Shown: piece after piece, positions 8,631 to 16,071 of the stretch
How the letters are laid out: each line of letters opens with the position of its first letter
Position numbering within the stretch: position 1 is the first letter of the stretch
Virus record (IMG/VR): IMGVR_UViG_3300034171_000127
Location: 1-27,205 of that record
From: a virus
Lineage: Duplodnaviria > Caudoviricetes
Reading direction: 5' to 3' (one strand)
DNA: 27,205 nucleotides
The notes under the pieces: model-generated
Told to the model about the DNA's origin: nothing
The model's input: only the letters and a program-made list of their open reading frames with translations
Database searches by the model: none
Program-made: the position numbers and the translations under genes

Positions 8631-9269
8631 ATGTTAAGAAAAGATTTGTTAGAGAAAATAAAAAATGCAAAAGAAGATGAGGACATCAATGCTTTATTGG
8701 TTGGTACCGATATCGAAACACAATTTAAAGGTGCTGAACCTACACTAGATACTTTTAAATCAAAGATTAAGACCGATAAAACTTACCAACAATTTATTGA
8801 AAGCGAAAATGATAAGCATTATGCTAAAGCTTTTAAAACATGGAAAGAAAATAATTTAGAAAAGGAACTTGAGCCATTTATGTTGGCAAAGTATCCTGAA
8901 CTGGTCACTGATCCAGTTAAAAAAGAATTAGCAGAAATGAGAAAAGAGCTTGAAAAAGAAAAGTCCTCAAACGCAAGAAAAGATTTACTTAGTGAAGCAA
9001 TGAAGTATGCCGCTGAAAAGAAATTACCAGCAGGCTTTATTGATAAATTTTTAGGTGAAGATTTAGATTCTACAAAAGCTAATTTAGATGTATTAGCAAT
9101 TGATTGGTCAAAAGGGCTTGAAGCAAGCATGGATGAGAAATTCAAATCCTCAAGTTATGTTCCTGGCGGAACCGATAAAAGTGGTGCGAAAGTTTCAATT
9201 GGTGCTGCAATGGCTGCACAAAATAATGGCGCAAAATCTGCTCCAAGTGATCCTTGGGCAAGCAAATAA
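8631..9269 (+). CDS. capsid scaffolding protein (DUF4355-like)
   Basis: Charged helical protein, KTWKENNL motif, flexible C-terminus; position before head genes. Confidence 0.8.
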   Translation: MLRKDLLEKIKNAKEDEDINALLVGTDIETQFKGAEPTLDTFKSKIKTDKTYQQFIESENDKHYAKAFKTWKENNLEKELEPFMLAKYPELVTDPVKKELAEMRKELEKEKSSNARKDLLSEAMKYAAEKKLPAGFIDKFLGEDLDSTKANLDVLAIDWSKGLEASMDEKFKSSSYVPGGTDKSGAKVSIGAAMAAQNNGAKSAPSDPWASK

Positions 9270-9284
9270 GAGGAGGAATATTAA

Positions 9285-9653
9285 ATGTTTAAAAAATTTA
9301 TTTACACAAACGAAATGGAAATATTAGCATCAGATGCCAACTTAGTATGTTTTTCAGGAACAGTTCTAAATGCAGGTGTTGTAGCAGATTCTGACGGAAA
9401 GAAATATGTTGCTGCAGGTAGTTTTATTGATGCTACAGGTGCTGTAGTAGTTGAAACTGGAACTCCTGGTTCTGAAACTTTAACAAGTGAACCTGTCGGA
9501 GTTCTATACCAAACTGTAGATGTTACTAATGGTGATGAAGCTTGTTCAATAATGGTTGAAGGATATGTAAGAGCTGATCGTGTATTCGCTGGAGTAGCAG
9601 ATGCAGCAGTTGTATTAATCAAAGCAGCATTAACAGAAATCAAATTTAGATAA
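9285..9653 (+). CDS. head decoration / auxiliary capsid protein
   Basis: GKKYVAAG, GVLYQTVDVT.GD motif; between scaffold and capsid. Confidence 0.7.
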   Translation: MFKKFIYTNEMEILASDANLVCFSGTVLNAGVVADSDGKKYVAAGSFIDATGAVVVETGTPGSETLTSEPVGVLYQTVDVTNGDEACSIMVEGYVRADRVFAGVADAAVVLIKAALTEIKFR

Positions 9654-9671
9654 TAGAGGAGGAATAATAAT

Positions 9672-10700
9672 ATGCCAAAATTAGTAGAAGTATTTAACAC
9701 ATTAGAATTAATAAATTATTTCAAAGAGAGAGTAAACGCACCAATGTTAGGTGAAGCTTTATTTCCTGAAAAGAAAATACAAGACATAGAATTTGATATG
9801 ATATTAGGTTCAGGCGGCCTTCCAGTATCTGCAAGTGTTCACGCATTTGATACTAAAACACAATTAGCTAGTAGAGGGGCTATTGAAAAAGGTATTGCAA
9901 GTTTATCTCTTATCAAAAGACAAATCAAAATCACTGAGAAAGAGTTAATTAAAATCCAAAACCCAAGAAATGATGCTGAACTTAGTTTTGTACTAGCTCA
10001 ACTTTACAAAGATGCTGAAAAAATGGAAGAGGGCATAAAAGTAAGAGTAGAAGCAATGAGAATGGAAGTTATTTCTTCTGGAAAAGTTGCAATAAATGAA
10101 AATGGTGTTGCTGTAACAATAGACTACTTGGTTCCAGCAGGAAACAAACTCCCTTTCAATTGGAGCGCACCAACTACTGCAGTACCTTTAGTAGACCTAG
10201 AAACTTTAGCAACTGCTGTTGAAGCTGAATGTGGAAGTAGACCTGCTAGAGCTATAACTTCACGTAAAGTAGTAAAAGCAATCTGTGCTTGTACTACAAT
10301 CAAAAAAGCAATATTCGGAACTAACTCAGATAAGCTTGTAACTTTATCACTATTAAATGATTTACTATCACAATCTGATCTACCAATATTACTAGTTAAT
10401 GAGGGTAAATACAAGGTTGAAACAGCTTTAGGATATTCAACAGTAAGATATTTCCCTGAAAATATTATATCAATGTTTGGATCTTCAACTTTAGGAGAAA
10501 CAATCTATGGATTAACTGCTGAAGAAGTAAAACTTATTGGAGATGGCAACATGGAAACCGCTTCAATGGTTGGAAATGTATTTGTTGGAACTTATACAAG
10601 TGTAGATCCAGTAGCAGAATTTACAAAATCAGCTGCTACAGTAATCCCATCTTTCCCACACGCAGATGAGCTTGGAATTGCAACAATAACATTAGCTTAG
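9672..10700 (+). CDS. major capsid protein (phage cap E type)
   Basis: 342 aa, LGEALFP, RVEAMRMEV..GK motifs, strong RBS, synteny. Confidence 0.9.
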   Translation: MPKLVEVFNTLELINYFKERVNAPMLGEALFPEKKIQDIEFDMILGSGGLPVSASVHAFDTKTQLASRGAIEKGIASLSLIKRQIKITEKELIKIQNPRNDAELSFVLAQLYKDAEKMEEGIKVRVEAMRMEVISSGKVAINENGVAVTIDYLVPAGNKLPFNWSAPTTAVPLVDLETLATAVEAECGSRPARAITSRKVVKAICACTTIKKAIFGTNSDKLVTLSLLNDLLSQSDLPILLVNEGKYKVETALGYSTVRYFPENIISMFGSSTLGETIYGLTAEEVKLIGDGNMETASMVGNVFVGTYTSVDPVAEFTKSAATVIPSFPHADELGIATITLA

Positions 10701-10710
10701 TATAAATAAA

Positions 10711-10734
10711 AAAGCCTACTTTTTAGTAGGTTTT
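10711..10734. terminator. conserved cassette-end hairpin 2 (likely bidirectional)
   Basis: AAAGCCTACT-TTTT-AGTAGGTTTT starting 10 bp after the capsid stop; T tails on both strands. Confidence 0.8.
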
Positions 10735-10853
10735 AAATATTCTATCACTAATTTTTCAATAATTTTACTAGCATCTGTATTCTCCATAACTGCTTGGAGT
10801 TTTAATTGTTTTATAACTTCTTCATCAAGACTTGTAGTAAATTTTTTTCTCAT
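10716..10853 (-). CDS. ribbon-helix-helix repressor (cassette 2, 45 aa, not in ORF track)
   Basis: Manual translation MRKKFTTSLDEEVIKQLKLQAVMENTDASKIIEKLVIEYLKPTKK; RBS GAGGTG. Confidence 0.85.
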   Translation of the reverse strand: MRKKFTTSLDEEVIKQLKLQAVMENTDASKIIEKLVIEYLKPTKK

Positions 10854-10871
10854 AATATCACCTCAATAAAT

Positions 10872-10935
10872 ATTATATCATCAATACGTATATATGTAAA
10901 TAAGTGTTGACGTATACGTATATACGTAGTATAAT
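10872..10935. promoter_or_regulatory. divergent sigmaA promoters with palindromic operators TACGTATATACGTA
   Basis: + : TTGACG 10907-12, 17 bp, TATAAT 10930-35; - : TTTACA (10900-10895), 17 bp, TATAAT (10877-72); palindrome at 10915-10928 and 1-mismatch copy at 10885-10898. Confidence 0.8.
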
Positions 10936-10950
10936 ATATGTAAGGGGTTG

Positions 10951-11742
10951 ATGATTATAGAAACTAGAATTTGTACTAAATGTGAAGTTGAAAAACCTTT
11001 AAATGATAAATATTTTAATAAAAATAAATCTAAGAGTGGGTTTAATACTAGATGTAAAGCTTGTATAAAAGAACATTATGAAAATAATAAAGAACAGGTT
11101 ATAGAACGAGCAAAAGAGTATTATCAAAATAATAAAATAAAAATATTAAAACAAGAAAAAGAATATCAACAAAGTAATAAAGAATTTATTGCAAAGCGTG
11201 TGCATAAATATTACCAACTAAATAAAGAGCATAAAAAAAGATATAATTTAGAGAATAAAGAATCTAGAAAAGAGTATAGGTCAATATATTATCAACTAAA
11301 TAAAGAACGTTTTTATAAGTATGATAAAGAACGTTATGAAAACAATAAGGAGCGTTCTTACAAGTACAATAAAGAATATAAGAAAAATAATAGACCTAGA
11401 TTGAATGCTTTAAACCAAAAACGTAGGGCTATAAAGAAACAATTGCCCCACACATTAACTCTTATACAATGGGGGCAAATAAAAAATAAATTTAATAACT
11501 CATGTGCATATTGTGGCAAAGAGTTGCCCCTCGCTCAAGAACACTTCCTAGCACTCTCCAAGGGTGGGGAATACACAGTTAATAATATTATACCTAGTTG
11601 TAAGATATGTAATAGTAGCAAGTTTAATAATGATTTCTTTCAGTGGTACCCAAAATATAAATACTACTCTAAAAAGAGAGAATGTTTTATACTCAAATTC
11701 TTAAATTATAAAGACGGTATACAACAATTAAAAATTATTTAA
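10951..11742 (+). CDS. HNH endonuclease with N-terminal Zn finger and YYxxNKE helical repeats (cassette 2 cargo)
   Basis: CTKC...RCKAC; repeated Y..NKE; CAYCG...EHFLALSKGG...NIIPSCKICNSSK; start uncertain (10948/10951/10957). Confidence 0.85.
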   Translation: MIIETRICTKCEVEKPLNDKYFNKNKSKSGFNTRCKACIKEHYENNKEQVIERAKEYYQNNKIKILKQEKEYQQSNKEFIAKRVHKYYQLNKEHKKRYNLENKESRKEYRSIYYQLNKERFYKYDKERYENNKERSYKYNKEYKKNNRPRLNALNQKRRAIKKQLPHTLTLIQWGQIKNKFNNSCAYCGKELPLAQEHFLALSKGGEYTVNNIIPSCKICNSSKFNNDFFQWYPKYKYYSKKRECFILKFLNYKDGIQQLKII

Positions 11743-11755
11743 TAGGAGGGTACTA

Positions 11756-11881
11756 ATGGAAACTACAATAATATGTAATTCATGTGGGTGTATTTATAAC
11801 AATGGTGAGGGTGGATGTATCTTATGCGAAATAGAAGTAAGAGACGGAACTTGCGAAAGTTTTGAAGAAGTGGCCGAATGA
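11756..11881 (+). CDS. small Cys-rich protein (41 aa, DUF1540-like spacing; not in ORF track)
   Basis: RBS AGGAGG; METTIICNSCGCIYNNGEGGCILCEIEVRDGTCESFEEVAE; ATGA overlap with next gene. Confidence 0.7.
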   Translation: METTIICNSCGCIYNNGEGGCILCEIEVRDGTCESFEEVAE

Positions 11882-12141
11882 TAAAAACGGAAGAAATAAT
11901 AAGAAATTATAAACCGCATATAGGTTTCTTTGATTTATCAGAGAAACCGTCTACTCTAGGTAAAACAGAATATGCTAAACTGCTTAATTTACAAAACATA
12001 TTAGCAGAAAGTAACACGAAAGAGAATATAAGATATTTAAAAGAATTTAATAAAAATCAATTTGCAATGCTACAAGAATTATCAGTCAACATTCAGCAAG
12101 TAATATTTTTGCACTGGGATAACGAAACTTTATTTAATTAG
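11878..12141 (+). CDS. hypothetical protein
   Basis: ORF track; translationally coupled to upstream ORF. Confidence 0.6.
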   Translation: MIKTEEIIRNYKPHIGFFDLSEKPSTLGKTEYAKLLNLQNILAESNTKENIRYLKEFNKNQFAMLQELSVNIQQVIFLHWDNETLFN

Positions 12142-12153
12142 GAGGCATTCATA

Positions 12154-12378
12154 TTGGAAAATAGCATTAGAGTTAGATGTGTAGAAGAATTTGAACTTTG
12201 GGGCGAGGGTAAAACTAAACTATTGGCTGAGGTAGAGAAAAAGGAGTATGATGCTCAACTATATATAGAAACAGAAGAGTATTTTGCTAAAGATTCAAAG
12301 GGAAGAGAGTTTTTTGTTGGTGAAATAAACAATGACGGAAAATTAGTTTTAGGTCAAGACTTCAAGCTTATTGAATGA
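12154..12378 (+). CDS. hypothetical protein
   Basis: RBS AGGAGG before TTG. Confidence 0.65.
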   Translation: MENSIRVRCVEEFELWGEGKTKLLAEVEKKEYDAQLYIETEEYFAKDSKGREFFVGEINNDGKLVLGQDFKLIE

Positions 12379-12444
12379 GACATAGCAAAATCAATAATTA
12401 AGGGGGTTAATAGCCCTCTTTTATTTATATAGAGGAGGGTGGTT

Positions 12445-12732
12445 ATGGATTTATCCAAGGATCAGCGTAAAGCAATATTAACAATTAAAAATTATCTTAA
12501 CATAGGACCTAATTTAAAATATACGGATGATTATATGATGCTTAATTTTGAATTGGCTATAGATGAGCTAGTCCAAAGTGCAATTGAAATTAAGGCAATG
12601 AAATCAACTGGAATAAAATCCAAAAGTGACGGTGTTCAGAGTATTACGTTTACAGATGGTGTTGAGGCATGGACAGTTACACCGACTATCAAGATGTTGC
12701 TACCTCTTCCCTTTGTGCGTATGTTTGGCTAG
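12445..12732 (+). CDS. head-tail connector protein (gp6/gp15-like)
   Basis: IKNYLN, GIKSKSDG..SITF, LLPLPFVRM motifs; RBS GAGGAGG favours ATG 12445. Confidence 0.75.
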   Translation: MDLSKDQRKAILTIKNYLNIGPNLKYTDDYMMLNFELAIDELVQSAIEIKAMKSTGIKSKSDGVQSITFTDGVEAWTVTPTIKMLLPLPFVRMFG

Positions 12733-12740
12733 TAAATAAA

Positions 12741-12764
12741 AAAGCCTACTATTTAGTAGACTTT
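12741..12764. terminator. conserved cassette-end hairpin 3
   Basis: AAAGCCTACT-ATTT-AGTAGACTTT starting 8 bp after the connector stop. Confidence 0.8.
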
Positions 12765-12898
12765 AAGTATTCTTCAATTGCTTTTTCAATTATTTTACTT
12801 ATAGGTATCATTGTTTTTTCTGAATAATCTTTTAAATCTTTAACTAGTTCAGTAGGCAAAGATGTTCCTATTCTTTCTTTATTTTTTAATTCACCCAT
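12749..12898 (-). CDS. ribbon-helix-helix repressor (cassette 3, 49 aa, not in ORF track)
   Basis: Manual translation MGELKNKERIGTSLPTELVKDLKDYSEKTMIPISKIIEKAIEEYLKSTK; RBS GAGGTG; shares YSxxTxIPISK with RHH1. Confidence 0.85.
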   Translation of the reverse strand: MGELKNKERIGTSLPTELVKDLKDYSEKTMIPISKIIEKAIEEYLKSTK

Positions 12899-12916
12899 GG
12901 TTATCACCTCGAACAT

Positions 12917-12974
12917 ATTATATCATGGTCATAAACTTATTGCAATACACATAAACTTCTTGCAATACACATAA
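12917..12974. promoter_or_regulatory. minus-strand sigmaA promoter and 20-bp tandem repeat operator
   Basis: TTGCAA 12940-45, 17 bp, TG-n-TATAAT (12922-17) on minus strand; CATAAACTTMTTGCAATACA x2 at 12930 and 12950 plus partial third. Confidence 0.75.
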
Positions 12975-12976
12975 GA

Positions 12977-13066
12977 GAGGGAGTAAGTAACTCGCAAAGA
13001 TACAAAATGTTAGGTAATGGTTGGACAGTAGATGTAATTGCTCATATTCTGAAAAATATAAGTTAA
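12977..13066 (+). pseudogene. 3' remnant of a DNA (cytosine-5) methyltransferase
   Basis: Frame reads EGVSNSQRYKMLGNGWTVDVIAHILKNIS*, matching C5-MTase motif X (Y..LGN); the rest of the gene is absent. Confidence 0.75.
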
Positions 13067-13078
13067 GGTGGTGATTAG

Positions 13079-13488
13079 ATGGTATTGTTTCGCAATGCTG
13101 ACGTGTGACAGTATATAACAAGTACTATGACTACGCTAGTGGTTATGATATGTATCAAAGAACTATTATCAAAGGGGTCAATTGGAACAGTGTTAGGAAT
13201 GCATCAATTAGTGATACTGGATTATTACTGGCTGATAGTATTAGAATTATTATAGATAAATTAGATAATTATATATCTCCAAAACAGTTTAGAAAATTAA
13301 ATGATACTGAAAGACCTAATTATTTTACTTTAGCGGTAGGAGATAAAATTGTAAAAGGTGAGATTGATTTTAAAATTGAAGGAATTAAACCTTACAGGTT
13401 AGCTGATTTAGAAAATAATTATGATGATGTAGTAAATATAATGTCAATTAGACCTCTCACTGACCATTTTGAAGTGGAGGGCAAATAA
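13079..13488 (+). CDS. head-closure/adaptor protein (DUF6751-like), apparently frameshifted near the 5' end
   Basis: RBS and ATG 13079 read MVLFRNADV*; the body continues in another frame from GTG 13105 (TVYNKYYD...). Confidence 0.7.
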
Positions 13489-13832
13489 TGAGTAATAGCG
13501 TAAGAATTATTATGAGTTCTACACAAAAGATTTTACTTGCTCGCTATTTAAATACAGATGGTAGAGCTCAAGTAAAATTTACAAAAGAATGTGCAAAGGA
13601 AATGAATAATTATGTACCTTATCTTACTGGTAGATTGAAAGACATGATGGTTACGATTAATACATCTGATGTAACTTATAATGCTCCCTATGCAGCAAAG
13701 CAGTATTACACTAATACTAGCAGCGGTAGACAAGGTGGAACAAGGGGCAAGATGTGGGCACCTAGAATGTGGACCGCAAAGGGTGATGGAATAGTTGAGA
13801 CAATAGCAAGTTTTGTAGGAGGACATAGATGA
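13488..13832 (+). CDS. neck / tail-completion protein (minor capsid 2-like)
   Basis: YVPYLTGRL, YNAPYAAKQYY, RGKMW..RM motifs. Confidence 0.8.
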   Translation: MSNSVRIIMSSTQKILLARYLNTDGRAQVKFTKECAKEMNNYVPYLTGRLKDMMVTINTSDVTYNAPYAAKQYYTNTSSGRQGGTRGKMWAPRMWTAKGDGIVETIASFVGGHR

Positions 13833-14272
13833 TTATAGAAGCAATTAGAGATTATATAAGAACTTGTCCTCACTTACAAGAGTTTGAGGGCGCAGATGGT
13901 GTTATAAAAGTAAATGTGGATTTTTTAGAAGAACTCGCAACATCTTATTCAATAGAAGAAGTTCCAACGGATCCAGTAATTAAAAAATATATAAATGGTG
14001 ATACTGTTAGGCAATTTCAATTTATATTTGCATCCAGGGAACCTTTTGGAGCTTATGTGCTTCAAAATATATCAAACAGTGGATTTTATGAGGACTTTGC
14101 AAATTGGATTGAACAAAACAATAATAATGATATTTTTCCATTACTGCATGCTGGTTATGAAAGTCAAGAAATTAAAGTATTATCTCCTGGATATGCGTTT
14201 GCAGTTAGCGTGGACCAAGCGAGGTACCAAATAGAATTGAGATTAAAATATTATAAACAGGGAGGAATTTAA
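13829..14272 (+). CDS. tail terminator-like protein
   Basis: Synteny before tail tube; YINGD..RQFQF and ARYQI.L.L.Y motifs. Confidence 0.7.
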   Translation: MIIEAIRDYIRTCPHLQEFEGADGVIKVNVDFLEELATSYSIEEVPTDPVIKKYINGDTVRQFQFIFASREPFGAYVLQNISNSGFYEDFANWIEQNNNNDIFPLLHAGYESQEIKVLSPGYAFAVSVDQARYQIELRLKYYKQGGI

Positions 14273-14274
14273 AA

Positions 14275-14754
14275 ATGACAGTGAGGAAAAGAAGAATACA
14301 AGCCAATTACTTAAAGGTATCTGAGGCTTTTGAACTACTAGGAACTGGATTCACTGAGTTAAATGAAAGTCCAGGTGCACAAACAGCAAGTAAGAGGTAT
14401 ATTAATCAATCTAGTGCTACTCAATCAGTTACAGGCTATGAATGGGGCACTTCTTTTAGTGCGGATCAAATAGTATCTGAAAATGCTATTGAGTATATTA
14501 GAAATATCGGTGAAATGCAGTTAACCAGTGGAGATACTGAAACAGAATATTTAATAGTTGATTTAGATCAAGCTGCAACAGCTGATGGTTTTAGAGCTAG
14601 ACAGTTTAAAGTGGCTGTAGCGGTAGATTCATTTGAAGACAATGATGGCGAACTTGGAATTACAGGAAATTTCTTAGGATTAACTGATCCAGTGTTAGGA
14701 ACATTCGATACAACACTTTTAACATTCACTGAAGGTTTTACACCAGCAGTATAG
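14275..14754 (+). CDS. major tail (tube) protein
   Basis: LLGTGFTELNESP...YIN motif, acidic, strong RBS. Confidence 0.8.
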   Translation: MTVRKRRIQANYLKVSEAFELLGTGFTELNESPGAQTASKRYINQSSATQSVTGYEWGTSFSADQIVSENAIEYIRNIGEMQLTSGDTETEYLIVDLDQAATADGFRARQFKVAVAVDSFEDNDGELGITGNFLGLTDPVLGTFDTTLLTFTEGFTPAV

Positions 14755-14769
14755 ATAGGAGGAATTTAA

Positions 14770-15114
14770 TTGAAAATTAACAACATAGAATTAGAAGATA
14801 TAGATATATTGGAGGCTGACGTAGCTGAAAAATATGAAAATGCATTGGAAACCATAGATGGAATTGCTGAAAAGGTTGAGGGCATGAAAGGCTCTGATGC
14901 AATAAGAGTACAATGTACTGCTATTTTCAATGTATTTAACACTTTATTTGGTGAGGGTACCGATAAAAAAGTATTTGGAGATAAGGTTAATTTGCTAGTT
15001 TGTCTTAAAGCTTTTGAAGAATTAATTCTAGTAGTTAATTCTAAAAAAGAAGAAGTTCAAAAAATAGCTAATAGATATTCCCCTAACAGGGCACAGAAAC
15101 GTACTAAAAAATAA
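14770..15114 (+). CDS. tail assembly chaperone
   Basis: LFGEGT..KVFG and C-terminal PNRAQKR; position. Confidence 0.75.
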   Translation: MKINNIELEDIDILEADVAEKYENALETIDGIAEKVEGMKGSDAIRVQCTAIFNVFNTLFGEGTDKKVFGDKVNLLVCLKAFEELILVVNSKKEEVQKIANRYSPNRAQKRTKK

Positions 15115-15710
15115 TGAATATTCTAATTGATTTATTACCTGAAAAAATTGAAATGGAGTGTGTGGAATATGATATAAATTCAGATTTTCGCACCTCTATG
15201 TTATTCGAATTAATGATGAGTGATAATGAGTTGGATGATAAGCAAAAGATAATAAATGCCATTGAGCTATATTATACTGATGTTCCGACAAATATTAATC
15301 TTGCTGTAGAAAAAATATTATGGTTTTATAGATGTGGTAAAGATGTAAAAACATCAGGTGGAAGTGGTAATGGTAAGAGTACACAGATTTACGATTTTGA
15401 TTTTGATGATGATTATATCTATAGTGCATTTTTAGATCAGTATGGTATTGATTTACAAGATGCAGACTTACACTGGTGGAAGTTCAAAGCTATGTTTAAA
15501 AGCCTTAAGGAAGATAATGAGATAGTTAAAATAATGGGTTATCGTTCCTTGGACTTGACTAAAATAAAGGATAAGGAACAGAAATTACATTATAGAAAAA
15601 TGAAAGATTTATATAAAATACAAAGTGAGGTAAGTAAAACTGAAACTGAAAAACTTAAAAGTATTGAAAATGCATTGTTGAGTGGTGAAAATATTTCTAA
15701 GCTATTGTAA
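15114..15710 (+). CDS. Gp15-family tail chaperone
   Basis: INSDFR, IYSAFLDQYGIDL, LHWWKFKAMF motifs. Confidence 0.85.
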   Translation: MNILIDLLPEKIEMECVEYDINSDFRTSMLFELMMSDNELDDKQKIINAIELYYTDVPTNINLAVEKILWFYRCGKDVKTSGGSGNGKSTQIYDFDFDDDYIYSAFLDQYGIDLQDADLHWWKFKAMFKSLKEDNEIVKIMGYRSLDLTKIKDKEQKLHYRKMKDLYKIQSEVSKTETEKLKSIENALLSGENISKLL

Positions 15711-15764
15711 TATTTACGCACATATGTAATAATTTAATTATAATTATATATGGGGTGGTATTAT

Positions 15765-16001
15765 ATGAAGTGTCAAAAGTGTAAAAGTGAAAATGTATCT
15801 GTTCAAGCTGTAACTACTACTAAAAATAAAAAACATGGCATGATGTATTGGCTATTAGTTGGTTGGTGGTTAGAGCCTGTTATGTGGGTATTTTTAACGG
15901 TGCCTTGGCTAATAATTAAAATATTTAAACCTCGCAAAACAAGTAGTAAAACACATAGTGAAGCAGTATGCCAAATCTGTGGTAACAGGTGGAAAATTTA
16001 A
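15765..16001 (+). CDS. moron: small membrane protein with split CxxC...CxxC
   Basis: CQKC, Trp-rich hydrophobic core, CQIC; SD GGGGTGG favours ATG 15765; followed by a terminator. Confidence 0.75.
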   Translation: MKCQKCKSENVSVQAVTTTKNKKHGMMYWLLVGWWLEPVMWVFLTVPWLIIKIFKPRKTSSKTHSEAVCQICGNRWKI

Positions 16002-16012
16002 AACATATTTAT

Positions 16013-16041
16013 AAAAAGTGCCTATCATGGGTGCTTTTTTA
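16013..16041 (+). terminator. intrinsic terminator after moron
   Basis: AAAAAGTGCCTA-TCA-TGGGTGCTTTTTT. Confidence 0.6.
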
Positions 16042-16071
16042 TTTTTCTCAGGAAAGGTAGGTGAGAATTAT

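Noticed and set aside
12930-12974. 20-bp repeat considered as a mini-CRISPR
   Set aside because: Tandem with no spacers and no cas genes; overlaps a promoter
12918-13121. 67-aa minus-strand ORF
   Set aside because: Crosses the operator repeats and MTase relic; better explained by those features
15095-15120. Programmed -1 frameshift between tail chaperones
   Set aside because: No canonical XXXYYYZ heptamer in frame; TAATG overlap explains coupling
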